In this document: one piece after another, positions 1 to 9,442 of the stretch
Layout: every line of letters begins with the position of its first letter
Numbering within the stretch: the stretch's first letter is position 1
Origin: Fidelibacterota bacterium
GTDB lineage: Bacteria; Fidelibacterota; Marinisomatia; Marinisomatales; TCS56
Length of the DNA: 41,199 bases
Assembly (NCBI GenBank): GCA_043822705.1
Contig: JBDRBK010000009.1
Coordinates: forward strand, 1 to 41,199
Direction of reading: 5' to 3'
Position numbers and translations under genes: made by a program
Notes under the pieces: model-generated
What the model was told of the DNA's origin: nothing
What the model saw: only the letters and a program-made list of their open reading frames with translations
The model's database searches: none

Positions 1-1338
1 GCCCTGTCCGATTCCCATGTTCAGAATATGCCCTTTGGTCCAACCGGATTTGCCGTATTTCTCATCCATGAAATTCTTGTCAGGAACCACGCCGCTTAAT
101 TCGGCCGGCAAATCAATTCCGGTAATCTGGCCGAAGCCAAACGACCGGGCAATCACAGCCCAATCGTCCAGATCCATTAACTGCATCATATTGTAGAAAT
201 ATACGTTACACGATTGTTCCACCGCTTTACGCATATTCACCTGGCCATGCCCAGCAGTATTCCAACAGTCAAATGTGCGGCGACCCAGCCGGTACTTGCC
301 GGTGCAAACAATTGTTTTACTGGTATCAACCAGATTTTTCGCCAGCAGGCCAAAGGTCACAATTGGTTTGAAAGTGGATCCCGGTGGATAGGTACCATTT
401 ATTATGCGATTGACCATCGGTTTGTCATCATTCTGGGCATAGGAAAGCCACTCAACGTCAAGCGTCATCCCGGTAAACAGGTCCGGCGGATAATCGGGGT
501 AACTGGCAATCGCCAGGACTTCACCACTGCGCGGCTCAGCGACAATTACCGCACCGACATAATCCCTGGTTCCATCCTCTATCAGTTTCTGGATATCACT
601 GTCGATGGTCAGGTAAATATCAGCGCCCGGGATCGGCTTGCTATTTTTCTCGGGAGAAAAATCACCTACGACCCGACCAAATGCATCCACCTGCACATAA
701 CGCACACCATCCTGGCCACGCAGGATATTTTCATAGGTCTTCTCCAGTCCCTGCCAACCTTTGATGTCGCCGATTCGGTACTCACCGGACTGGGCACTGG
801 TTGTGAGAAAACGATCATCGACTTCGCGAATATAGCCAAGTACATGTGAAGCACGGACTTTGCCAGGATAAAATCTTTCCGGGAACTGCTCGTAATTGAT
901 GCCCGGCAATTCCGCCTTATGCTCGGCCAGCCGGCTCAACTGGTTGATTCCCAAATCTTTGGCGAGTCTGGTTGAATTGAATTTTCCGCGATAATATTTC
1001 CTGTAATTCAGATTCAGTTGTTCGGCGGAAATTCCCGCGATTTGCTCAATCCGATCAAATTCTTTCTCACGGTCGCGCATCTCGGTTGGAATCACCGTTA
1101 AAACATAGGTCGGATGGTTATCCACCAGGATCTGCCCATCCCGGTCGTAGATCAATCCTCTGGGCGCAGGAATACTTTGCGCCCGGATAATGTTGGCTTC
1201 GGACTGGACTTTGTACAATTCGTAATTGTACACCTGCAGCTGGAAAAAACGAAATAGCAACACCAGAATTACCATAACGACAGCACCGCCGACGATTAAT
1301 AATCGCTGGCGGGGAATAATATTTTCTACGACCAGCAT
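1..1338 (-). CDS. mrdA: Penicillin-binding protein 2 (3' end truncated by window edge; absent from ORF track)
   Basis: Manual translation from ATG at 1338: MLVVENIIPRQRLLIVGGAVVMVILVLLFRFFQLQV...IPAPRGLIYDRDG, with catalytic YPPGSTFK (SxxK) and QSCNVYFY (SxN). Start overlaps the mreD stop (TGATG). Confidence 0.95.
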   Translation of the reverse strand, partial: MLVVENIIPRQRLLIVGGAVVMVILVLLFRFFQLQVYNYELYKVQSEANIIRAQSIPAPRGLIYDRDGQILVDNHPTYVLTVIPTEMRDREKEFDRIEQIAGISAEQLNLNYRKYYRGKFNSTRLAKDLGINQLSRLAEHKAELPGINYEQFPERFYPGKVRASHVLGYIREVDDRFLTTSAQSGEYRIGDIKGWQGLEKTYENILRGQDGVRYVQVDAFGRVVGDFSPEKNSKPIPGADIYLTIDSDIQKLIEDGTRDYVGAVIVAEPRSGEVLAIASYPDYPPDLFTGMTLDVEWLSYAQNDDKPMVNRIINGTYPPGSTFKPIVTFGLLAKNLVDTSKTIVCTGKYRLGRRTFDCWNTAGHGQVNMRKAVEQSCNVYFYNMMQLMDLDDWAVIARSFGFGQITGIDLPAELSGVVPDKNFMDEKYGKSGWTKGHILNMGIGQG

Positions 1339-1814
1339 CAGTCAGGCCGACCAAGCGGCAGGAAATAATTAATTATGGCAACGAACGGAAGCGTATATAC
1401 TACCGAGAAACCGACCTGTCCCCAGAAAATGGAAATGTTTTGCTCGAGCAGATTCTGATGAATTACCAGCGCCCTGATAACAAAATGGATAAAAATTGCC
1501 AGCACCCAGCCACCGTGGAAGAACAGCGGTGACCACTTGCTGAAACGATTGTGCAGATTTCCCACCAGATAGGAAAAAATACAATAGGTCAATGCTGTCA
1601 GGCCGAAAAAAGACGCCACACCGAACAAGTCGACAACAATTCCCAGAATAAATCCGGCGATCACCCCAAAGAATCGTCCTTCCCATACCGACAGATACAG
1701 TACCAGTATCAGGATAAAATCGGGGCGGACCGACCAAACCGCCAACATATCGGCGAAGACAATCTGCAGAATCACGGCTGCGACGGCATAGACGATATAG
1801 CTACTCTTGTTCAT
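1338..1814 (-). CDS. mreD: Rod shape-determining protein MreD
   Basis: Hydrophobic membrane protein with VRPDFILIL and GFILGIVVDL motifs, lying between mreC and mrdA. Start re-placed at MNKSS (1814), overlapping the mreC end. Confidence 0.9.
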   Translation of the reverse strand: MNKSSYIVYAVAAVILQIVFADMLAVWSVRPDFILILVLYLSVWEGRFFGVIAGFILGIVVDLFGVASFFGLTALTYCIFSYLVGNLHNRFSKWSPLFFHGGWVLAIFIHFVIRALVIHQNLLEQNISIFWGQVGFSVVYTLPFVAIINYFLPLGRPD

Positions 1815-2601
1815 CAGGCTCGTGGATAATGACAAATGCGTATTGCAGGGTTCCGACATTGTAAAACAATTCGACGGTGAGACGCTTTTGAAAGCTTCCC
1901 CTTTCGTCATAAATCGCAATTACCTTGCCGACCGGCAGGTTTTCCGGATAAATATCGCTATGGGCCGATGTATACACCAGATCGCCGATTTTAATAACCG
2001 CGCTACGGGGTATTTCCCGCACCTCGCAACGATTATTGTCCAGCCAACTCAGGATACCGACTGAACCATCGGGAACCACCCGCACACTCAGGAAAAAATT
2101 GGGATCGCTGATCAACTGGACCAGACTGGAATGCTCACCGACGATAAGTGTCTTTCCGACCACGCCCTCCGGAATAACAACCGGATCATTGACAGATACT
2201 CCATCCTCCAAACCGACATCGATGGAAAACGACGATAAATTGCTGGTGATTCCTTTTCCGTGAATATTGGCCGGCAGCAGGCGATTGGTCGATTTTCGCC
2301 TAAAGTCCAGCATTTTTCGCAACTGCTGATTTTCCACTTCCTGATTCATCATCGAATCCAGCAGAAATTTCAACTGGATATTCTTTTCCCGCAACAGACT
2401 GTTTTCTTCCTGCAAGGAAACTTTGCTCTGCAGCCAAACGGACGGTATTTGTGTGAATTCCAGCAGTTGGTTGACTTTCAACCGAATATCGGTAATTTCC
2501 TGTGAATCATTGGAAAACAGGATAAACAGCGCAGCGATCAGGGCCAGGATAAAAATTACATGATCTTTGTTACGGATTAGGGCGAAATAAAATGACCGCA
2601 T
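1801..2601 (-). CDS. mreC: Rod shape-determining protein MreC
   Basis: N-terminal TM helix, coiled coil (ENSLLR...ENQQLRKML), IDVG..DGV, GVVGK, YPENLPVG; directly downstream of mreB. Confidence 0.95.
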   Translation of the reverse strand: MRSFYFALIRNKDHVIFILALIAALFILFSNDSQEITDIRLKVNQLLEFTQIPSVWLQSKVSLQEENSLLREKNIQLKFLLDSMMNQEVENQQLRKMLDFRRKSTNRLLPANIHGKGITSNLSSFSIDVGLEDGVSVNDPVVIPEGVVGKTLIVGEHSSLVQLISDPNFFLSVRVVPDGSVGILSWLDNNRCEVREIPRSAVIKIGDLVYTSAHSDIYPENLPVGKVIAIYDERGSFQKRLTVELFYNVGTLQYAFVIIHEPDEQE

Positions 2602-2607
2602 CCGCTA

Positions 2608-3636
2608 TTAGATTAAAACGGCTTCGTATTTCTTTACATCCTCCAGCACTTTCCCGCAACCGCGAACGACCGACAACAGCGGATCTTCGGCAACATTGAC
2701 AGGAATATTTGTCCGTTCGCGGATGATCTGATCGATCCCACGCAACAGGCTGCCACCGCCGGTCATAATTATACCGCGGTCAAGAATATCCGAGGCCAGT
2801 TCCGGCGGTGTCTGTTCCAGTGCCCGTTTTACCGCTTCGACGATACTGTTGATCGGATCTTTCAAGGCATGGCGGATTTCGTCCGATGATACTTCCGCTG
2901 TCTTGGGGATACCGGATACCAGATCGCGGCCTTTGACGAAAATCGGTTCTGATTTCATTCGCATGGCCGAGCCGACGGTCTTCTTGATCCGCTCCCCGGT
3001 GGCGAAACCAATATCAAGTTTATGTTCATTACGGAACCATTGAACGATGGCATCATCCATCTCGTCGCCGGCAATACGGATGGTTTCCTTGGTAACGACT
3101 CCGTTTAAAGCGATAACGGCGATTTCCGTCGTGCCGCCGCCAATATCAACGATAATATTTCCTACCGGCTGACTAATATCCAAACCAATTCCGATGGCCG
3201 CGGCTACCGGCTCTTCGATCAGGTACACTTCCCTTGCATTGGACCGATCACCGCTGTCTTTCACCGCGCGTCTCTCGACCTCAGTGACTCCCGAGGGGAC
3301 GCAAATCACCATCCGTGGCCGGGCCAGCCGGCTCAGATTCATCTTGCGGATAAAACCCTGCAACATGCCGTCGGTCATGTTGAAATCGGCAATTACGCCG
3401 TCCTGCAACGGCCGGACGGTCTCAATTTCCCGATGAGTTCTTCCCAACATGACTTTCGCGTCGTTACCGACGGCGATGATTTTACCATCATGGACGGACC
3501 GGGCGATGATCGATGGTTCGTTGATGACAATTCCGCGGCCTTTCAGCCAGATCAAGGTATTGGCCGTACCTAAATCCACGGCGATGTCACCGGAAACCCA
3601 GGAAAAAGTATCTTTAATTGTCGAAAAAAAACTCAT
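2608..3636 (-). CDS. mreB: Rod shape-determining protein MreB
   Basis: DLGTANTL, VPSGVTEVERRAV, DIGGGTTE, PPELASDI and TGGGSLL motifs. Confidence 0.98.
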   Translation of the reverse strand: MSFFSTIKDTFSWVSGDIAVDLGTANTLIWLKGRGIVINEPSIIARSVHDGKIIAVGNDAKVMLGRTHREIETVRPLQDGVIADFNMTDGMLQGFIRKMNLSRLARPRMVICVPSGVTEVERRAVKDSGDRSNAREVYLIEEPVAAAIGIGLDISQPVGNIIVDIGGGTTEIAVIALNGVVTKETIRIAGDEMDDAIVQWFRNEHKLDIGFATGERIKKTVGSAMRMKSEPIFVKGRDLVSGIPKTAEVSSDEIRHALKDPINSIVEAVKRALEQTPPELASDILDRGIIMTGGGSLLRGIDQIIRERTNIPVNVAEDPLLSVVRGCGKVLEDVKKYEAVLI

Positions 3637-3803
3637 AGCGTAACCGATTTATCCCTTAAGTGTCGAAATACCAGAGACAAAATTACTATGCATTAAGAAC
3701 ATTATCATCAGCAAAACGGCGGTCTGATAAGTTAGGTTCAAATACACATTAATACCGGATTCAAATCCGGATATCAGATATTGCCCCACGGCCGGGCCGG
3801 CAG

Positions 3804-4868
3804 CTAATGCAGTACCACCCGGCTCTGGTCTCCCAGAATGAAGCGGTGCGAATGCGGTTTTCGTTCCGCCTGGATGATTTCAACATCGGTCCCGATCAGG
3901 GATGAGTCGATCCGGCCCTTGACCTCCTTGACGGTGCAATTCTCCAACATAATTGTGAACTCGATTTCGCTGTTAATAATTTTACAGCCGTCACCAATCG
4001 CCGTATATGGACCGATATAGGCATCTTTCAACTCAACATTTTCACCGATTATCACCGGTCCGCGAACCCGCGAATTGATCACTCTGGTATTGCGACCGAT
4101 ACTGACCGCCCCGGATAGTTCGGAAGTGGCATCGACCCGGCCTAATTGGCGGGGTTGGATATTATCGAGTACCAGCCGGTTGGCCTCGAGCAGGTCGGAC
4201 GGCTTGCCCGTGTCTTTCCACCAGCCGGTAATTACCGAATAACTGACCGCCTTTCCGTGATCCAGCAGATATTGGTGGGCATCGGAAATTTCGAGTTCCC
4301 CGCGGGCCGACGGCTGGATGTTGTTCACTGCTTCGAATATCGATTTATCATAGATATAAATACCGGTAACCGCCAGATCGCTTTTAGGTGCTTGGGGTTT
4401 TTCCTCGATGCCGATTATGCGGTCCCCGGACAGTTCGGCCACACCGAAACGATTGGGATCCTGGACCCGGCTCAATACCAGGTGGCAGTTGGAGTGGTTG
4501 GACTTGAACGACTCAATATAGGATTGTACACCACCGACCAGAATATTATCTCCCAGGTAAAAAATAAACGGTTCATCGCCGATGAAATCCTGAGCGATCT
4601 TGACTACGTGTGCCAGTCCCAGCGGAGCGGATTGTGGAATATATGTCAGATTCAGACCGTATTTATCGCCATTCCCGAAGGCATCCCTGATTGACGTGTC
4701 TCCGGCGTTGATCACGATCCCCGCCTCGCGGATACCGGCCTCTGCCACATATTCCAATGCATAATCCAGCATCAACTTATTGGCGATCGGAATCAGATGC
4801 TTATTCTGAGTGTGGGTTATCGGTCGCAAGCGTGTTCCGTGACCGCCGGCGGTAATCAATGCTTTCAT
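3804..4868 (-). CDS. rmlA: Glucose-1-phosphate thymidylyltransferase, long form
   Basis: AGGHGTRLRP, YLGDN, EEKP, PSARGELEI, GWWKDTG and a C-terminal left-handed beta-helix. Confidence 0.85.
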   Translation of the reverse strand: MKALITAGGHGTRLRPITHTQNKHLIPIANKLMLDYALEYVAEAGIREAGIVINAGDTSIRDAFGNGDKYGLNLTYIPQSAPLGLAHVVKIAQDFIGDEPFIFYLGDNILVGGVQSYIESFKSNHSNCHLVLSRVQDPNRFGVAELSGDRIIGIEEKPQAPKSDLAVTGIYIYDKSIFEAVNNIQPSARGELEISDAHQYLLDHGKAVSYSVITGWWKDTGKPSDLLEANRLVLDNIQPRQLGRVDATSELSGAVSIGRNTRVINSRVRGPVIIGENVELKDAYIGPYTAIGDGCKIINSEIEFTIMLENCTVKEVKGRIDSSLIGTDVEIIQAERKPHSHRFILGDQSRVVLH

Positions 4869-5407
4869 TATATTTTCCCCTCGGACATGCCGGTTTTGCT
4901 CAACTGATCGGCTATTTTATTTTCGGTCCTCGGCACATGTTTTACGGACCATGAATCAAATTTCTGTAACAACGTCGTTGCTTGCCGGTAGAGTGGTTTC
5001 ATCCGTTCGTTTTTCACTTGGTACTGGCCGTTGATTTGGCGGACAACCAGTTCGCTGTCCATAAAAACGTTGACGGCGGCGAATCCTTGTTCCGCGGCCA
5101 ATTCCAATCCTTTGATCAGGGATCGATACTCGGCCTCGTTGTTGGTAGCCTGGCCGATATACCCGGCATGGCGGCTGATTTCATCGTCTCCCGCAAACAT
5201 TACGACCCCGATACCGGCAATTTCATTTTGCAGGTCGGCGGCGCCGTCGACGTAGATACTGACTGCGCGCGGTTCCGACAATCGCCGGATCAAAAGGTCA
5301 AGCGTGGTTCGCTCACTTGCGTCGAGTTCCTGCATAAGTAATTGCAATTTCTTATTTTTCAGGATTTTCAGCAAAGCCTGGGTTTCCAAATCGTTCAATC
5401 GTAACAT
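4868..5407 (-). CDS. rnhA: Ribonuclease HI family protein with N-terminal helical extension
   Basis: YVDGA, TNNEAEY, MDSELVVRQING, HVPRTENKIAD; the DEDD catalytic set is intact. Confidence 0.88.
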   Translation of the reverse strand: MLRLNDLETQALLKILKNKKLQLLMQELDASERTTLDLLIRRLSEPRAVSIYVDGAADLQNEIAGIGVVMFAGDDEISRHAGYIGQATNNEAEYRSLIKGLELAAEQGFAAVNVFMDSELVVRQINGQYQVKNERMKPLYRQATTLLQKFDSWSVKHVPRTENKIADQLSKTGMSEGKI

Positions 5408-5447
5408 TCTGTCAATTTCCTCGTGAATTATTCCCGGCGAGCGCCAC

Positions 5448-6488
5448 TTATTGCGCCAGTTCAGATATCTTGTTACAAATAAAGTTACCGATCTCCGAGG
5501 TTCCCATACTGCCGCCCATATCGCGCGTGGACCACCCGGCTGTCAGCGACTGAAGGACGGCTTTTTCGACGATCCGGCCTAATGGTTCGCGATTTACGAT
5601 CCGCAGGATATCTACCAGCGCCAGGATAGCACCGATCGGATTGGCCGCATCCTTGCCAACAAATCGGTCCGACGTGGGATGTAAAATCTGGTACAATTTT
5701 AATCCGTCCGGATTCAGGAACGCCTCGTACGCCAAGCCGTAGCTACCTTCGATGGCCGCACCGATCTTGGACAGGATTTCACCGAACGGTGGGCAGGTCA
5801 CGACTACATCCAGTTCATCCGGTTGATGCAATAACTTAAATGCCAACCGGTCGATGGACATGATCGTCACCGGAAACTCTCCCAAGTCCAATAGGCGCTT
5901 ATAGCGATTTACCCAGGGATTTTCCTTGACCAGGTTTTGCTCGGGCAGGGCAATCGTTAACTTATGCCGATCGCCGGCTGCGATCAGTTTTTGCGCATAA
6001 TCCAGAATTTTGTCGGCCTGTCGGTGGGAAGTCAACGCAAAATTCAACGATACGCGCTCGTCGGGGGATAAATTCAGCGATAATTCCTGGCATTGTTCGT
6101 TATAATTCAGGCAATCCTGAAGCACCAGGATGTCAAATATTTTGTCCGGCACCAGTCGTGCCTCGGTTGATACCGGTTTGATCCTGCGCCAAAAAACCGT
6201 CAAGTCCAGTTGACTGAGTAAATGCTGCAGCAAGTCCGCTTTAAAGCGAACTCCCGCGGCTGTTTTTTCAGTCAGCGGCCCGACCCAGATTGCGGCTGCC
6301 TGCCGGCATTCTTTCAACATCCCGGCTGGTACCAGTATTCCGGTATCCTGGTAATGCTGGAGTCCCAACTCGAAAGTCTGGATGTTGAACTTGATGTTGG
6401 TGTAGTTTTCCAGTGCCTGACAGATATCGTTCAGGACGGTGGATATTTCGGGTCCGACGCCATCACCCGGTATGAAGACAAATTTCAC
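5448..6488 (-). CDS. Isocitrate/isopropylmalate dehydrogenase family protein with degenerate active site
   Basis: IPGDGVGPEI at the N-terminus, GKDAANPIGAIL and TRDMGGSMGT at the C-terminus; several catalytic motifs are substituted. Confidence 0.85.
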   Translation of the reverse strand: MKFVFIPGDGVGPEISTVLNDICQALENYTNIKFNIQTFELGLQHYQDTGILVPAGMLKECRQAAAIWVGPLTEKTAAGVRFKADLLQHLLSQLDLTVFWRRIKPVSTEARLVPDKIFDILVLQDCLNYNEQCQELSLNLSPDERVSLNFALTSHRQADKILDYAQKLIAAGDRHKLTIALPEQNLVKENPWVNRYKRLLDLGEFPVTIMSIDRLAFKLLHQPDELDVVVTCPPFGEILSKIGAAIEGSYGLAYEAFLNPDGLKLYQILHPTSDRFVGKDAANPIGAILALVDILRIVNREPLGRIVEKAVLQSLTAGWSTRDMGGSMGTSEIGNFICNKISELAQ

Positions 6489-7738
6489 AAGCCGGAGCGC
6501 CCCAAATACGGCGTCGCCAAGCGATAGTCACCAAAACCGCTCTGATCGACGAAAATGAATGAACGGTTGATCGAGTAGTAGGTCCATCTTTGGCTGGAAT
6601 AACGTGTAGTCGAATTATTCTGTCGCTCGATGTCATCCGGTGGACCAAACAGGATGTAAATCATCCCCATGTCGGAGCGCCAGCCCGGCATGAAACTGGA
6701 AAAATTCTGGTTGGCGTACCAGACCCGTCGGTAATATTCATCCATCATTTCATTTTTTAAAGTATTGGGGGTCGGATCACGCTTTTCCCAATACTGGTGA
6801 AACAGTTTCTCGCGTTGATTTTTTTTTGTGGTTTTAAATTCCCGCTGTTCGGCATCGTTCAAAATATAAGTCATCTGTTCGATAGCTTCTTCCAGATTGT
6901 TGATCGTACTGGAGATGCCCGGATGTGATACCTGAATAGTTATGGTTTGACTGATTTCCTTGCTGTTCTGCGACAGACGGGCGGTCACTTTAACATTCAA
7001 TCCTTTCAGAATTTCGGTCGGTATCTGCAGGATGTGGTTAATGACAGTCGCACTATTTGCATAAGTCTGGGTGTCATTCCAGAGAACGCTGTCAATATTA
7101 TCCACCGCCTGCAGGTGCAGCGAGTAGTTAACGGGATTTACCCGGCCCCCCACCATCAGCCGATAGTTTTCATTGTCCATGGGAATTTTATTGGCGAAAA
7201 TCGGAATGTAATCGTCAGCCAGCCCCCAGTTCCCCGGCTTCTTCTTTAAAATCGTCAGCGGGAATAAAAATAAATCGGCGTTATAGCCGGATAAATCCAA
7301 TTCGATCATCTGCTTGCCGGTTTGCTTGGTATCCTTATCCAGTACTTCGGCATTTAATTCAAACTTCCCCGCCGGCATGGTCAACGTTGAAGTCAACGTG
7401 GTGTACAATATACCGGAAATGGACTCCTGATAGTCAACCACATCCACAGCACCGCTCCAGATGAATCGCCCCTGGTGGTCACCATCGACTTGCGAAATCG
7501 CAACCGCCGCTTCGAATTCGGCCTGAAATCCGGAGTCGGATTTTAGAAATTGCAGCGCCGCATTGGGAATCTCCAGATAGGTCAAAACCTGGATTGAGTC
7601 ACCGGCGGTAACGGCAATCGGCAGCGCCGCCAGTCGGAACTGATCGACGTTTTGTCGCTGCGTCCGGTCGCGCGGACCATCGGCGGAGGGACTGACACAA
7701 GCCAATATCAGAAGAATGAACAAATTTTTTAATTTCAT
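6485..7738 (-). CDS. GWxTD domain-containing exported protein
   Basis: YWEKRDPTP, EYYRRV..AN, GWRSDMGMIYILFGPPD. Signal peptide from MKLKNL (7738), whose ATG overlaps the upstream stop (ATGA). Confidence 0.88.
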   Translation of the reverse strand: MKLKNLFILLILACVSPSADGPRDRTQRQNVDQFRLAALPIAVTAGDSIQVLTYLEIPNAALQFLKSDSGFQAEFEAAVAISQVDGDHQGRFIWSGAVDVVDYQESISGILYTTLTSTLTMPAGKFELNAEVLDKDTKQTGKQMIELDLSGYNADLFLFPLTILKKKPGNWGLADDYIPIFANKIPMDNENYRLMVGGRVNPVNYSLHLQAVDNIDSVLWNDTQTYANSATVINHILQIPTEILKGLNVKVTARLSQNSKEISQTITIQVSHPGISSTINNLEEAIEQMTYILNDAEQREFKTTKKNQREKLFHQYWEKRDPTPNTLKNEMMDEYYRRVWYANQNFSSFMPGWRSDMGMIYILFGPPDDIERQNNSTTRYSSQRWTYYSINRSFIFVDQSGFGDYRLATPYLGRSGL

Positions 7739-9372
7739 AAATCGCTCCACCAATTGAATTTTATTAGACCTTCGCTGGTTCCAAGCCAAATCTCATCCCC
7801 GTTAATATACAAATCATTCAGGATTCCCATAAAATCATAATTATAAATACGTACTGTGTTATCGCCGCGATCTACCCGCCAGAGTGTGCGGGCGGACAGC
7901 AACCAGAAATAGTCATCGTCGACTGCCATTTTCCTGATGGTTTCATCGCTAAAAAGTGTGGGATTCAGCAACGGTTGCCACAGCCCGGTCTTGAAGTCGT
8001 AGGAAATCACCCCTTCGGCGGAAGCGACAAACAGCCGCTTGCGGAAAACCGTCAAGGCGGTAAAATAACGGTAGTTATCGATAGCGGCACCCAATCGGCT
8101 GGCATCGCCGACACGCTTAAAATCGCTCAGTGAATTAGTGGACTGATTATAGTATCGTAAGCTGAAATCGGACCCAATCCAAAGACCGGACTGATCCTGT
8201 TCCAGGGCGTAAATAAACTGTTCGTTGTAATACTTTTCGATTCCGGCGGGCGCAGGTTGTTTGGTTTTTTTCGTTATCCGGGCGAGTCCCCGCGTCGCCC
8301 CCAGCCAGACCCGGGTCGTATCTTGTGCCAAAGCAACGACCCACCCGGAGGGTACTCCGTCAAGTTCGGTCAAAGTACGCCAGAAATCAGATTTATAATT
8401 ATAGACCAGAACCTGCGATTCGCCGCCAAACCATAATTCTGTGCCGGTATCCAGCGCCGCAAATAGTGCCTGTGGCATCATGTTCGCATTGTAAGCGAAA
8501 TCAAAATGTTTATAGATATTCCGACCGGGATCGACAAACGACAGACCATTCCGTTCCGGGGAAACAGATCGGCCACCGACCCAGAAACCGCGCTTGTCCA
8601 AAATGAATTGGATATCGATATTGTTCAATCCCAGGGTCAGCGGGTCCAGTATCTTGATCTGCGGATCGGCGTGAAATACGACCCGTTGGGATGAACCGAC
8701 CCAGTAATCGGACCAGCGACCGGCGTATCTGGTCGTGATCGCCAGGTCCTGGCCTTGCGGGTTTAATAAGCCGTCGCCAAAAATATTCCAGTTCCCCGCC
8801 AACTGGTAATCACCGAGATAATCGGAACCGAATTCAACCGCGTTGATTTCCGCACTGCTCCAGTTTATTTCCGGGTCATCGGGATTCAACATCTGCCCCA
8901 GCAGAATACCGCTGGAATGATCGCATTTGACAAACAGCAGATCGGTCCGGCACCAGATATAATCGCGGCTGGACCCGATCTGTCGAATGACTGCCTGGCG
9001 CGTCAATCCCAAATCGTCGAAATCGATGGTGTACCAATCGCCTTCGCGGTTATAACTGTAGCTGAGATAGCCCGGACCGGCGACCCACAGAATGCCGGTA
9101 TCCCGATCAAGGTGAATGGCTGATACTGAATTGTCCGGCAATCCCTGCGCCGTAGTTAGCGGCTCTGCCAAATTCCGGCCATAATTATTGTAACGCCAGA
9201 CACCGCCGGTGGTTGTACCCAGATAAGTAAAATTAGGACCTTCGCTGATTGAACAGATCGCTCCCGTATCCCGATACAATACCCAGTCAAACGGGTCAAA
9301 CCGGGGATCCGGTTGGGCCGACAAAATCATCCCGGCGAATAGGGCGGCTGTCAGTATTTTTCTGAAATACAT
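7735..9372 (-). CDS. Exported beta-propeller protein (two-component regulator propeller-like repeats)
   Basis: Signal peptide MYFRKILTAALFAGMILSA; repeated blades such as QGLPDNSVSAI..D..GILWV, DGVPSGWVVAL..D..VWLGATRGL and IWLGTSEGL. Confidence 0.75.
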   Translation of the reverse strand: MYFRKILTAALFAGMILSAQPDPRFDPFDWVLYRDTGAICSISEGPNFTYLGTTTGGVWRYNNYGRNLAEPLTTAQGLPDNSVSAIHLDRDTGILWVAGPGYLSYSYNREGDWYTIDFDDLGLTRQAVIRQIGSSRDYIWCRTDLLFVKCDHSSGILLGQMLNPDDPEINWSSAEINAVEFGSDYLGDYQLAGNWNIFGDGLLNPQGQDLAITTRYAGRWSDYWVGSSQRVVFHADPQIKILDPLTLGLNNIDIQFILDKRGFWVGGRSVSPERNGLSFVDPGRNIYKHFDFAYNANMMPQALFAALDTGTELWFGGESQVLVYNYKSDFWRTLTELDGVPSGWVVALAQDTTRVWLGATRGLARITKKTKQPAPAGIEKYYNEQFIYALEQDQSGLWIGSDFSLRYYNQSTNSLSDFKRVGDASRLGAAIDNYRYFTALTVFRKRLFVASAEGVISYDFKTGLWQPLLNPTLFSDETIRKMAVDDDYFWLLSARTLWRVDRGDNTVRIYNYDFMGILNDLYINGDEIWLGTSEGLIKFNWWSDL

Positions 9373-9442
9373 CGTTTTACCGGGGATAATCCATGCTGCC
9401 AATATTGGACAAAATTGCCGGTACGATTAGTCCCCCGACGAT

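Noticed and set aside
214..849. 211-aa plus-strand ORF in the track
   Set aside because: Antisense shadow of mrdA, which has clear PBP2 motifs on the minus strand.
3650..3790. Possible ~46-codon minus-strand ORF between rmlA and mreB, with T-loop-like TTCAAAT segments
   Set aside because: No RBS or recognisable motif, it overlaps a likely promoter, and no tRNA cloverleaf can be built.
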